64,000 bases of DNA, from the NCBI GenBank assembly GCA_963663965.2, contig CAXXFK010000042.1, positions 160,001 through 224,000 on the forward strand, given 5' to 3'. The DNA is from Sedimentisphaerales bacterium. Lineage in GTDB: Bacteria; Planctomycetota; Phycisphaerae; Sedimentisphaerales; SM23-30. Below are positions 19,818 to 31,400 of this stretch, in pieces (position 1 is the first letter of the stretch; every line of letters starts with the position of its first letter). The notes beneath the pieces were generated by a model. The model did not search any database, was not told where the DNA came from, and saw only the letters and a program-made list of their open reading frames with translations. A program made the translations under genes and the position numbers.

Positions 19818-21362
19818 ATGAATCGCAGAGAATTTCATAAAACCGTCCTGGCCGCCTCTTTTTTGCCTGTCATATCGTGTCGCTGTCAATCGGACTCTCC
19901 GTTAACTGCTTTGCCCAATATCGTAATCTTGCTGGCGGATGATATGGGTTACGGTGATTTGGCCTGCCAGAACGCTGAATCCAAAATACCCACTCCCAAT
20001 CTGGACGCTTTAGCTCAGTCGGGAATGCGATTTACTGACGCTCATTCCAGTTCCGGCGTATGCTCTCCCACTCGTTATTCCCTGTTGACAGGTCGCTATC
20101 ACTGGCGTGGCAAACTGAAGACTGGAATTGTCAATGCCTTTGGTGATTCCGTTATCGAACCGGATCGAATTACCCTGCCTGAAATGCTTCGGCAAAAGGG
20201 GTATAATACAGCGTGTATCGGTAAATGGCATCTGGGCTGGAACTGGCGTGCCATCATGAAATCTGATGTTAGTCCGGTTCGACAGGGTGGCAAGACCTTT
20301 TATCTGCCGGATGCTTTTGACTGGTCCCAACGGATTCCGGATGGCCCGATCGATCATGGTTTCGATTATTATTTCGGTGATGATGTCCCCAATTTTCCAC
20401 CTTATACCTGGATTGAAAATGACCGGGTGGTGATAGCCCCTTCCTTGCCTTTAAAGGAAGCTCCTCCAACCCGTGAAGGCAGTTGGGAGACCCGGCCCGG
20501 TCCCATGTCCGAAGGCTGGCGACTCGATGCCGTTATGCCCAAACTGACTGAAAAAGCGGTCGAATGGATTGGGCAACAGACGAACGGCGGCAAACCATTC
20601 TTACTTTATTTCCCTTGGACCTCGCCCCACGCGCCGATCGTTCCAGCACCGGAGTTTCAGGGTAAAACCAAAGCCGGTGGCTACGGTGATTATATGTACC
20701 AGAGCGACTGGTCTGCCGGTCAGATCCTCAAGGCCTTGCAGGATAACGGTCTGGCTGATAATACCCTTGTCATTTTTACCAGTGACAATGGTCCGGAACA
20801 TTATGCTTACGATCGTTACCAGAATTTCGATCATGCCAGCATGGATTCCCTGCGCGGCCTCAAACGTGATCTCTGGGAAGGGGGGCATCGGGTTCCATTT
20901 ATCGTCCGATGGCCCGGCCGCGTCCGTCCCGGTTCCATCTCTGATGAAACAATATGCGTGACTGATCTGATGGCCACGCTTGCGGATATTGTTGGTTACT
21001 CACTGGATAACCAGACCGCCGAAGACAGTTACAGTTTCCTGCCGGTATTTTTGGAAAAGTCTTCTGGCCCACCTATCCGAGAGGCGACTGTTCACCATGC
21101 TCCCAATGGCCAATTTGCAATCCGGCAGGGTGACTGGGTGTATATCGACTGGAAAAACGGTAATGTGACCAGGGTTCCTGACTGGTTCGATCAGGAAAAA
21201 GGCTACTCCAAAACCGAGGCTCCCGGTTTGCTCTACAATCTCAAGAACGATCTTTCTGAATACCAAAATTTATATCATGAGCAACCTGAAATAGCCGCCA
21301 GGTTGAAGAATTTACTTGAAAAGTACCGGAGCCAGAGTCGTAGTATACCCCTGCGCGATTAG
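19818..21362 (+). CDS. Formylglycine-dependent sulfatase with Tat-like signal
   Basis: MNRREF start, PNIVILLADDMGYGD, CSPTRYSLLTGR, GKWHLG, FTSDNG, RGLKRDLWEGGHRVP. Confidence 0.94.
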   Translation: MNRREFHKTVLAASFLPVISCRCQSDSPLTALPNIVILLADDMGYGDLACQNAESKIPTPNLDALAQSGMRFTDAHSSSGVCSPTRYSLLTGRYHWRGKLKTGIVNAFGDSVIEPDRITLPEMLRQKGYNTACIGKWHLGWNWRAIMKSDVSPVRQGGKTFYLPDAFDWSQRIPDGPIDHGFDYYFGDDVPNFPPYTWIENDRVVIAPSLPLKEAPPTREGSWETRPGPMSEGWRLDAVMPKLTEKAVEWIGQQTNGGKPFLLYFPWTSPHAPIVPAPEFQGKTKAGGYGDYMYQSDWSAGQILKALQDNGLADNTLVIFTSDNGPEHYAYDRYQNFDHASMDSLRGLKRDLWEGGHRVPFIVRWPGRVRPGSISDETICVTDLMATLADIVGYSLDNQTAEDSYSFLPVFLEKSSGPPIREATVHHAPNGQFAIRQGDWVYIDWKNGNVTRVPDWFDQEKGYSKTEAPGLLYNLKNDLSEYQNLYHEQPEIAARLKNLLEKYRSQSRSIPLRD

Positions 21363-21584
21363 TTTGCTATCAGTAGAATCTTTCGTTATCAAACAACTCG
21401 CCATATTCCAATACAACGGAAATATTCCAAATCCGGCGGGACCCCGGCTTTGCCTGTTTCGATATCTTTTACCTGTCATTCTATTTTTCGTGACAAAATT
21501 CACCCGTTTATGTAATATACTATTGTCTCGGATGACATTATAGGTAAAAGCTCGTTAAAAATGAGGTATGTAAGGAGTTACATA

Positions 21585-22679
21585 ATGATCAAGTTCCGTT
21601 GTAATTGTGAAAAAAAGATCGGTGTTCCGGATGAATACGCTGGCAAAAAAGTCAGATGCCCGGCCTGTGGCACAACATCCATTGTTCCATTTGCGGCCGA
21701 ACCAAAAATCATCGAGCCGGCCCCGGCCAAACCCCGGCCAGATACTTACTCACTGTCCAATGACGATGATCGCAGTTCCATCTGGTCAGACGATCTTTTG
21801 GAACAGACCCAGCCGGTTGCCGATATCGAAAAAAATACCTGTCCAGAATGTGGCTTTAAAGTCAGCGCCAACCGTGACACCTGCCCCAGTTGTCACTATT
21901 CCTTTGTTCCCGATGTCTCAACGGTCGTACCGGTCAATGCTCCGCGTGGCGTATCCCCATTTAAACGGTTTGTAGCCGATACGCTCAAAGTGCTGTCTCC
22001 CATTGGCTCTGTTGGTGATATCTTAACCCTGGCCATTGCTACAGCAATTTATTTATTGCCCATTCTATTACGCTATTCATCCATTTACGGGCTTTATGGC
22101 AGTTTTATCATTCAAGGTTACTTTTGCACTTATATGTTTCATATCATGTTGGAGACTGCTAACGGCGAGATGAGATTGCCCAATTTGCCATTTTCCGAGA
22201 TCGAAGAAATCCGAGAACCTTTTTTCCGGTTCTTTGTCAGTTTTGTCTACGCCTGCCTGCCTATCACTCTGGCATTATTTGGCGTGTTTTACTGGCTCAA
22301 TGATATGGAAGAAATCTCAGATATAATCGACCGGGCTGTCGAATTTGGCGTCCCGATCGGTTTATTTTTCTGGCCTATGACTGCGTTGACTTTTGCTCTC
22401 GGCGAAACGGTCCTGGTTCGTCCCGACAAAGTAGTCCTGTCCATTATACGGACAATTGGGCCATATCTGGTTTGTTGCATTATTCTCTACCTGGCTTATT
22501 ATCTTAGTTTTGTTGCCGTCGGGCAATTGTCTGGATTGCTGCTGGGTGATGAGCCATCCATAGAAAATATCATTGCTATTAATATTCTGTTCAGTATTGC
22601 CGGCCTGCTCTCGCAAATCTGTGCCATGCGTATCATCGGTGTTTTTTATAAACACTACAAAGATCATATTGACTGGTAG
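21585..22679 (+). CDS. Zinc-ribbon-containing multi-pass membrane protein
   Basis: MIKFRCNC...VRCPAC and CPEC...CPSC Cys pairs, then about 6 TM segments; AAGGAG RBS. Confidence 0.8.
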   Translation: MIKFRCNCEKKIGVPDEYAGKKVRCPACGTTSIVPFAAEPKIIEPAPAKPRPDTYSLSNDDDRSSIWSDDLLEQTQPVADIEKNTCPECGFKVSANRDTCPSCHYSFVPDVSTVVPVNAPRGVSPFKRFVADTLKVLSPIGSVGDILTLAIATAIYLLPILLRYSSIYGLYGSFIIQGYFCTYMFHIMLETANGEMRLPNLPFSEIEEIREPFFRFFVSFVYACLPITLALFGVFYWLNDMEEISDIIDRAVEFGVPIGLFFWPMTALTFALGETVLVRPDKVVLSIIRTIGPYLVCCIILYLAYYLSFVAVGQLSGLLLGDEPSIENIIAINILFSIAGLLSQICAMRIIGVFYKHYKDHIDW

Positions 22680-22763
22680 GCGATATCGTTCCTTACCAGA
22701 TAGTTATATTGAACGTTCTTTGGAGCCAGAAATATCAGGACTCCTTATTATCAGGATAAATCA

Positions 22764-24192
22764 TTGAAACCAATCAACAAAACCAAGATCGTTGCGACAC
22801 TGGGGCCCGGCCACCTCAACGGTCGATGCCATCGAACGCCTGATCGCCGAAGGGGTCGATATCTTTCGGATGAACTTCTCCCATGGTACCTTTGACAATC
22901 ACGGCGCTTTACTGGATGCCATCCGAACCGCTCAAAACCGTGCCGGGCGGGTCACTGCCATTATGGGCGATCTCTGCGGCCCCAAAATCCGCACCAGTCC
23001 CATCGAGTCCGGTCCCGAAATCCAGCCCGGTCAGCGTGTCACGATCCTTCGTGGCGACACCCCAGGTACCACGCAGCGTTTCGGTTCCAATTACGAAGCA
23101 TTGGTTGACGAACTGGCGGTTGGCCATCGCGTTTTTATTGACGATGGCCAGATCCAGCTCCATGTCGTCGAATCCCGTCCCGACGAAATTATCTGCGAGG
23201 TGATCCACGGTGGTCTTATCAAAAGCCGCAAAGGGATTAACCTGCCCGATACCAATCTCTCCACCTCTTCCATTACCGAACGGGACTGGTCTTTTGTTGA
23301 CTGGGCCATTGAACATCAACTCGATTTTCTGGCGCTCAGTTTTGTCCGTTCGGCTGACGATGTCCGCCGCCTCAAAACCTACCTTGCCGGTAAACAGGCT
23401 TCCATTCAGGTTGTCGCCAAAATCGAAACCCCACAAGCTATTGCCGATCTGGAAAACATCGTGCGTGAGTCCGATGCCATCCTGGTCGCCCGCGGCGATC
23501 TTGGGGTTGAAATGGACCTGGCCGAAGTTCCCATCCTGCAAAAGCGCATGACCCATCTATGCCGCTCCCTCAACAAGCCCGTTATCGTCGCCACCCAGAT
23601 GCTCCAGAGTATGATCGAATCACCCATGGCCACCCGCGCCGAGGTCTCCGATGTGGCCAACGCCATCATGGACTATACCGACGCCATCATGCTCTCCGGC
23701 GAAACCGCTGTCGGCCAGTTCCCGGTTGAAGCAGTCCGGACCATGGGCCGCATCGCCCGCATCACCGAATCCTGGATGGATGCCGAACCCTACATTGCGC
23801 CACCCCGTCTTGAAGTTCGTTCACAACTTGAAGTGGCCGAGTCTTTTATTATTGCCGCCGGCCGCATCGTCGAGCAGGCCCGGGCCGGCTTACTGGCCAT
23901 CTGGGATGAAGAAGGGACCCGGGCGCCTCTTATCAGCAAAGCCCGCATCGATACCCCGGCGCTGGCTTTCTGTTCCGAACCGCGGATTGCGGCCCGGCTG
24001 GCCATGTCTTATGGGATTGTACCACTGATCGCCTCCCGGCCCGATTCCATCCAGTCCTTCATCGAGATCATCGAAGCAACCGCCCTGGCCAATCAATGGG
24101 CCCATCGCGGCGATCGGATCGTCATCATTGCCTCTCACGCACCCGATCTCATCGGCAACTCCGAAGGTATTTTTCTCCATCACATCGATTAA
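22764..24192 (+). CDS. pyk: Pyruvate kinase, with a 1-nt insertion at ~22802-22808
   Basis: TTG 22764 reads [15 protein letters not shown] and then shifts into the long frame: [50 protein letters not shown]. Confidence 0.95.
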
Positions 24193-24211
24193 GTTTAACG
24201 CATTAAGTAAG

Positions 24212-25439
24212 TTAACCTTTGATATCATAAGCCATCAGCGCATCTCCGTGCCGAATATACAAAACGCCGTTGGCAATCGTCGGATGCGCCCAGTGCTCAT
24301 TAGTCCCGGCGGTGATCTGAAACTGGCTGATCAGCTTGAATGAATCTTTGCCGGGTTGTACCAGATACATCGTTCCATCCTGGCCATACACATACAGCAT
24401 GCCATCCGCCGCCTCCACAATCCCCTGTTTGGTAACCGGTGCGTTCCAGAGCGGTTTGCCGGTCTTCCAGTCCAGGCATACCAAACCCCGGTTCCCGCTC
24501 TGCGCCGTTCCGTAGATACACCCATCCAGCAGCACCGTTCCCTGCATCTGACAATCCAGTGTCTTGTCGGTCCATTTCGGAGTCTCTCCCGTGCCGTCAC
24601 CCGCCAGCGCCAGCATTGCGCCGCCGGTACCCATACCGGATGAAATATACACCATCCCATCATTATAGAGCGGTGGATTGGGCTGAACCCCGGCCCGATG
24701 TGGATATTCATGCTGCCAGACTACCTTGCCGGTTCCTGCATCCACCCCGACCGCTTCATTAGCCAGCATGGTTAAAATTACCTTCTGTCCTTTATTCTCC
24801 ACAACTCGCGCCGAACAATAGCCGGTCGCTTGTCCCAATCCCCGGCTCTGCCAGATCGTCTCACCGGTGTTGCGGTCCAGCGCCACCAGCGACGCGTCCG
24901 GTCCGCCCGGCGTACAGATAACCTGTTTCCCATCCACCAGCACCGACTCGGCAAAACCAAAGCGCGCCTGTTGCGCGCCAAAACGCTCGATCAAATCCAC
25001 TGTCTTAATCGCCTCATGGGTTTTCGTATCGATGATTACCAGCTTGGCAAATCCCGTCATTACGTATATCCTATCCCGGTCCACTGTTGGTGTGCCCCGG
25101 GTTCCTGCCACCGATGGCCCGCGCTTGGCCAGTTCCGGTCCATAGCCCAGTTTCCATTTCAGTGTGCCATCCACTCCATAGGCATACAGAAAACCCTGTT
25201 GCTCACCATCCATTCCCGTCACATAGACGGTTCCATCCGCTACCACTGCTGAGGAATACCCATCACCCAATCCCGTCTTGCACCAAAGCGGCTTGAGCCC
25301 ATCCGCCGGCCATTGTTTTAACAATCCGGTTTCCGTAAAGATCCCATCACCGGCCTGTCCCGAAACGAGGACAATCAGCGCTCCAAACCCAAACACATAT
25401 TGCCAGTAAAACCACAACTGTCAGAATAGCCCGTTTCAT
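24212..25439 (-). CDS. Secreted PQQ-like beta-propeller (BamB-like) protein, frameshifted near 25362
   Basis: ATG 25439 gives a signal peptide MKRAILTVVVLLAICVWVWSADCPRF, then shifts into GQAGDGIFTETGLLKQWP. Repeated A.D..TG..W propeller motifs; WAHPTIANGVLYIR end. Confidence 0.85.
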
Positions 25440-25709
25440 AGCCGTTTTCCTTATGTAATGAGCCACTATTGGTCAATGCACGGAGAAAAATCGCTCTCAT
25501 ACACACTGATCTATCATAATCCCGTAAATGTCTGACGACCACTAATTTTCTGAAATACCCGTAATTCGGATATTAGACTTTATGTTGGCTATTTAAATAT
25601 AAAATCAGATTTTTTGTCTTTTTGATTGCAACTGCTAGTCGGTTCTTTCCTGTTTAATTGGCGGTTTCAGCTGATTTCAAATTACGGCCTGTTTGTTCAA
25701 GAGTATCTC

Positions 25710-27081
25710 TTAAATTTTCCAGGGCGCTCTCAGCGGCCGGTCAAGCCGCTCGGTTGCCTCTGCGTCATTGATGATCGTCTCGGTTTTTGGATTCCATTCG
25801 ATCTTGCGTTTCAACCGGATCGCGATATCGCTCAGATGCGAGATCAAGTCCGAGTTGACCGCCGATTCAATGGAATTAATCGTCGGCTGCCGGTTTAAAA
25901 TACCATCCACAAAATTACCCTGCTGACTCACGCTCACATACAACGGCGTATCGTTTGGTTTCAGCTTGGTCCGCAGCATTTCCGGATCGGAAAAATGCAA
26001 CCCGGCCCGGTCCACGCTCACCCAGCCTTCCGTCCCGAAAAAGGTGGTTCCATGATCATGGAAATTCCGATATGTCACTACCGGCTGCGCTGTGAGCGTA
26101 TCCATGAAACGCATTTTAACGCCATTGGCATAACGGCAGTGGACATCCCATTCCGCGATGGTGTCGAACAGACCACCTGTGGGAATAGTTCCGGTCCCTT
26201 CGTAGGAAACCGGCGCGCTGTCATCGCTGTTGTTGCCCCATTGCGCGATATCGAGCGGATGCGCGCCCCAGCCGGCGATAAATCCCAGCGCGTTGTCGTA
26301 CACGTGATACGTACCCCAGCAGGTACAGCGCGGCTCGCAGTAAGGCGACTTCGGCGCCGGCCCCAGCCACATCTCATAATCCAGATCCTCAGGCACCGGC
26401 AGCGGGGCGGTCTTGTTATGGAACTGGTCAAAGACGGCTTTATAGTTGCCCGGCGCCCGCATTCCCGAACACCACGCCTCGATTCGCTGCAACTCTCCGA
26501 TATACCCGTTGCGTACCAGTTCACAGGCAAACCGGAAATTCTGACTCGAACGCTGCTGGGTGCCGTATTGAAAGACCGCCTTTTTTTTATTGATCAACTC
26601 ACGCAGCTTCCATGCCCAGCGCATCGCCACTCCCAGCGGCTTTTCGATATAGACATCCTTGCCCGCCGCCACCGCGTACATCCCCAGCGGCACATGCCAG
26701 TGATCCGGCGTCGCGATCACCACTCCGTCAATCTCCTTATCCGCCAGCAGTTCCCGAAAATCCCCATAGGTCTTCACCCCTTTCCAGTCCGGTTTACCGG
26801 CCAGATCGGCGTAGCGATCCTCAATCGTTTTAGCTGCCTGGGCCCGCCGACTGGCAAAACAATCGCAAAACCGCCACCGATCGCGCATTCTTCAAATTCA
26901 AACAGTTCCGCAGCAACCCGCTGCCCTGACCGCCCACCCCGATATGGCCCAGTACCGCCCGCTCACTGGGCGGTGGTGTCTCAGTGCTGCCCAGGACCGA
27001 AGCGGGTACAATTGCAGGGGCAGCGACAGCCAGGGCGGAAAACTTCAAAAAATCTCTGCGTTTTAATGTGCTGTTAATCAT
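25710..27081 (-). CDS. Tat-exported Gfo/Idh/MocA oxidoreductase, frameshifted at the A-run 26867-26870
   Basis: KRRDFLK Tat motif, IGVGGQG, then VAV|CD across the shift, ATPDHWH, YIEKP, QYGTQQRS, WGAHPLD. Confidence 0.9.
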
Positions 27082-27234
27082 GGGAGTCTCCGGATTGGAT
27101 GAGAATGGGTTGTTTGCATGGCTTATGATAGATTGTTGGTTGTGGTTTCAATTTCGTGGCGTTCCAACTGTCAGGAGGTGAGATCACAAGATTTTTCATA
27201 ACGGATATCCTGAGGCATGATCGACAGGATCAAC

Positions 27235-28061
27235 TCAATTCAGCAGCTGTTTCAAATGAGAAAAGCTGGCAATCGCCTGCTCGACCGTGCCGCACTCAAC
27301 ACTGAAAACAATATCCCGGGATGATTGACGACAGATGTTAATGGTTTTTTGCCAGTCAATGACTCCCTCTCCACAGGCACAACCAACCGGTGTCCCGGTC
27401 ACTTTTCCCCGTTCGGAGTCGGATTGTTGCATCGTAATGTCTTTGGCATGAAGGTGGATGAGCCTGTCGAGAACATGTTCCAGCCAGACATAGGGATCCT
27501 GGCCTCCCAGATAGCCATTGCCGGTATCGAAATTGATACCAATAGCAGGAGAATCGACCAGACTGTAAATCCGGTCGAGGCCATCCGGTGTTTTGCTGTA
27601 CTGTTGGTGTGGTTCCAGTCCGATTCGTATCCGCGCGCTTCGGCGACGACCGCCGCTTCCTGCAGCACGTAACGCATCAGCACATGATCTTCTGCAGAGG
27701 TGGTCCAGCCCGGTTTGGGGCCTTCGTCGGTATTGACAACCGGAGCGCCGCATTCCGCCGCGAAACGAACAGCCTGCTTGAGATATTCACAACTGATCTC
27801 CGGTTTGCATAATGGACAATGAGAACTGAGCCCGGATAATTTGACCCCGGCTTTCTCACAGGCGCGTTTGACGCGGTACGGATCGTCCAGCATGGAAACG
27901 CTGTGAAAATAACCCGCTTCGCTCAGCAATTCACGACCCCAGTGGACCATCGGCTCAACATATTCATAGCCGATTTCCGCCGCTTTTTCCACACCCCATT
28001 CGAAGGGCCTGTCCTCATGTCTGACAAATTCCAGGTTGATTCCGATTTTGATCTGTCCCAT
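27235..28061 (-). CDS. Sugar phosphate isomerase/epimerase (xylose-isomerase-like TIM barrel), frameshifted near 27631
   Basis: AAEIGYEYVE N-terminal half joins ARG|IRIGLEPH...INFDTGN...HLHAKD...GEGVIDW...FSVE when one base is restored. Confidence 0.88.
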
Positions 28062-28381
28062 TTTTGGCTCCATTCATGATAATATGACACTTTTGATGGC
28101 GCTTGTTATCAGGTATTCATTTTAGATGAGTATTTAACCAGAATGCAAATCATTTTTTTGCTACCAGATATTACCGTTTCATCTGCTGCGGAATTTCGAT
28201 CAAATTATCATGGCGTCTGATTATATTTATTTCAAACTATTCCATCAATTTGCAGACTTAGAATTTCAGATTACATAAAATTCCAAACGAAGCCAGTGAT
28301 GTATCATAACGTTTGGATTCCGGCCCGATCTTCCATCAAGACGGGTGCTGCTAAACGAACCGAATGGATCCTCAGATGAAT

Positions 28382-28415
28382 AAAAAAAGGCATTTACCCA
28401 TAAGAGTAAATGCCT
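28382..28415 (-). terminator. Intrinsic terminator of the giant surface-protein gene
   Basis: Stem AGGCATTTAC / GTAAATGCCT with an 8-nt loop, followed on the minus strand by a T-run; about 35 nt past the stop at 28451. Confidence 0.85.
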
Positions 28416-28450
28416 GTTATCTATGAAGATATAGATTTTTAGCGGATAGA

Positions 28451-31400
28451 TTAATATCCGGTCACTGATCCCATCGCCGCTATCTGAGGATTGGTCGCTC
28501 CCACCACATAGGTTGAGAAGTGGGTGGTATTAAACTGGACCGCTCTCAGGGTCGAACTGACCGGGATATCCTTGATATTCGAGATACCCGACTGGCTCAA
28601 CTCGCCGGTGTTGGGATTCAGCCAGTAAACCGTCGCGCTGACTTTCTGGCCGGCCGGTATGGCGTAGGGGATCGTAATCGTCACCGGACGAATGAATTCC
28701 ATCTTGCTGCTCGGGCCAAATTCATAGAAGGCCAGCGACTGCAACTTGGCGCTCAAACGCGGGAAGTCGATCTTGGAGATACTCACGGTGACATCGGACC
28801 AGAACGCGTTGGCCGGCACGGCCAGTGAGACATCATTCACCGATTGGATCTGGCTGGTTGCCTTGCCGATCTGGCCGCCATCAGCCGCTACCAGTTCATC
28901 ACGTTCCAGCGGTTGATTGTGGATTGCTGTTGAGGTGGCGCCGTAAATCGCGTTAACGCCATTACGGTCATCCACCCAGATCATATAGGGCAGGCCATTG
29001 CCATCGGCACAAATCGCCGGACAGGTCTGGCTGGCAGCGCCGCCATCATCCGGGACAAAGACATTGGTACCAAACCGGCTGTCGCCTATCGGCATTTCAC
29101 TGAAGTAAATGTCGTTGTCATTGTTATTACTCAGGTTACGCTGATCCTGCCAGCAGGTATACACCTTGCGGACCCCATCCACCGTACTCACGGCAATCGC
29201 CGGACAAACCTGAGCGCGATGGCTGGAATCATCCGATACCAGCGTACCATTGATCGAACCGGAAGGCAGATCGGTCAACCGGGCATATCGGATATCAAAA
29301 TCGTTGGCAGCTTCATCGGACCAGATCAAATACAGGTTGCTAGTGACACTGTCAATGGTCACCGCCGGGGCGCATTGGGCCCCGGTTATTACCACAGATC
29401 ACCTTATTCGTCCAGTTCGACTGCGTCGTTGACGTACCATAAATATCGCCGCCGTCTTTACGCTTGTCAGTCCAGAACACAAAGGTCTGTCCGGCCGGAG
29501 TCATTCCAACCGCCGGTTCGATCTGATCGGCAGTATGGCTGGTCAATCTGGCTTGCGAGCAGGTGGCAAAACCGTCTGCTGTGCTTCCCAGAACGATGTC
29601 CCAGTTCCCGGCTTCCTGATCCTGCCAGACCAGGGCGGCTTTCTTAGCCACATCCGGATCACAAGCCAGCGCCGGCGCTATCTGATCCTTATCCGATTCA
29701 GTCATACATACTGGAGCAGACCAGGTAACACCATCATCACTGGTGGTCAGGTAAATATCCCAGTTGCCATTGCGGTTATCCTGCCAGGCGACATAAACAC
29801 TGCCATCAACACCAGTTGCCACTGTCGGATTGCACTGATCCGCTTCATGATGGGTCAGGTTGATCGCAGTCGCAAATGACCAGGTATTGGCGGCAAGAGA
29901 ACTCAAGTAGATTTCTCGAGCGCCGACTGAGCCAGATTGCCAGACCGCCCAGATGGTGCCATTGCTGCCGCAAACAGTCTGCGGCGCGTCAGGTCCGGTA
30001 TTGGTGGTCGATAATGCGGCAGAACTGCTGGAACGGAACCGGTCATATTGAATAGCAGATGAAGAAACCGGCGTAACCGGGGTATTGCCGCCAAAACTGC
30101 GCATCTCGGTCCGGAAACTGAATACATAGGTTTCCATTTCGTTCCCGCTGTTATCGCTGGCGTCAATCGATACCGTGACTTCCTGATCGTTGGTAAACAG
30201 ATCATCGTTCTGATAGGTATACACGTAACGGGTAGAGCGTCCCTGGCGGCGGCAGACACCGCTGTCAGAATTATATTTAACCAGGTCACCCTGATAAACC
30301 AGTGTCCCTTCAATGGTTATGGCGACACTGTTCAGGTCCAGGCCGGTCAGGATATCAGCCAGTTCGATCGTAATAACGGTGTTCAACGGCGCCTGGATAC
30401 TGCCCGGAGCCGGAACCGTCTGAAGCACGACCGGTGGATCGTTATCAGGAGCGGCGGCCTTAACCGTAATGACTATCGATTTGTTTGTGGTCAATTCGCC
30501 ATCGCTGGCCGTAAAGATAATAGTGTGTGTGCCCACCTGGGTTTGAGTTGGTTTCCAACTGAACCGGATTCCATTGAAGCTGGCTCCAGTTGGCAGACTT
30601 CCGGCAGTAATCGTGACCTGGTCATCATCCGGATCCGTTGCGTTGACGTTGAACGCCAGCGTATCGGCATTGCCCGCCAGGTCAAGTTGAACCAGTTGGT
30701 TACTCAATGCGTCAAATACCGGTGCACTATTTGAGACTATCGGATCCGCGGGATCTTCCGATACGGTAATCGTAATCGTCTGTGGTGTGGAAGCCTGGCC
30801 ATCCGAGGCAGTAAAGGCTATCGGATAGCTACCGGCTTTTTCCGGTGAAACTGTCCAGGTCAGGGTATTACTGTTAAAGGTTGCACCTGCCGGCAGTCCA
30901 CTGGCTGAAATCGTGATCGCATCACCATCGGCATCGCTGGCAGATACTACTATTGACAGAGTCGGGTTCGGTTGGGTATTACTGAATAATACCGTGCGAT
31001 TATTCAAACCGATAAATTGCGGCGCGGTATTGGTGGGAGTAGTCCCCCCACCGGTATTGCCGCCCCCAGTATTGCCGCCGCCGGTATCACCACCACCGGT
31101 ATCCCCGCCGCCATCGGTTGGAGCCGTGACGGTTATCGTAACCGGCTGGCTGGCAGAGGCATAGCCATCGCTGGCCACAAAGGTAACGGTATAAGTTCCG
31201 GCACTGGCAGGGGTCCAGCTAAAACTGTTACCATTAAAGACGGCGCCGGCCGGCAGGTTCAAGGCCTGATAGACTAACGTGTTATCAGTATCCGGATCGC
31301 TGGCTGTGACGGTAAAGGTCAGTGACGATCCCGCCGCAACCGTCTTGTTACTCAAACTTAATGAGGGTTCCCGGTTGATGTTATTAATGACGATTTCTAC

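Noticed and set aside
25995..27077. Long antisense ORFs (360 aa here; also 42109-43026, 32391-33158, 22909-23556)
   Set aside because: Shadows of well-supported genes on the opposite strand, with no recognisable motifs.
28280..28372. Small hairpins upstream of the sugar isomerase as a possible riboswitch
   Set aside because: Stems are short and I recognise no aptamer consensus.
28451..28520. PEP-CTERM or similar sorting signal on the giant protein, expected from the epsI neighbour
   Set aside because: The C-terminus (...VVGATNPQIAAMGSVTGY) has no PEP motif, TM helix or basic tail, and no exosortase gene is in the window.
29380..29400. Programmed frameshift producing two forms of the giant protein
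   Set aside because: No slippery heptamer is visible, and the neighbouring genes show the same kind of single indel.
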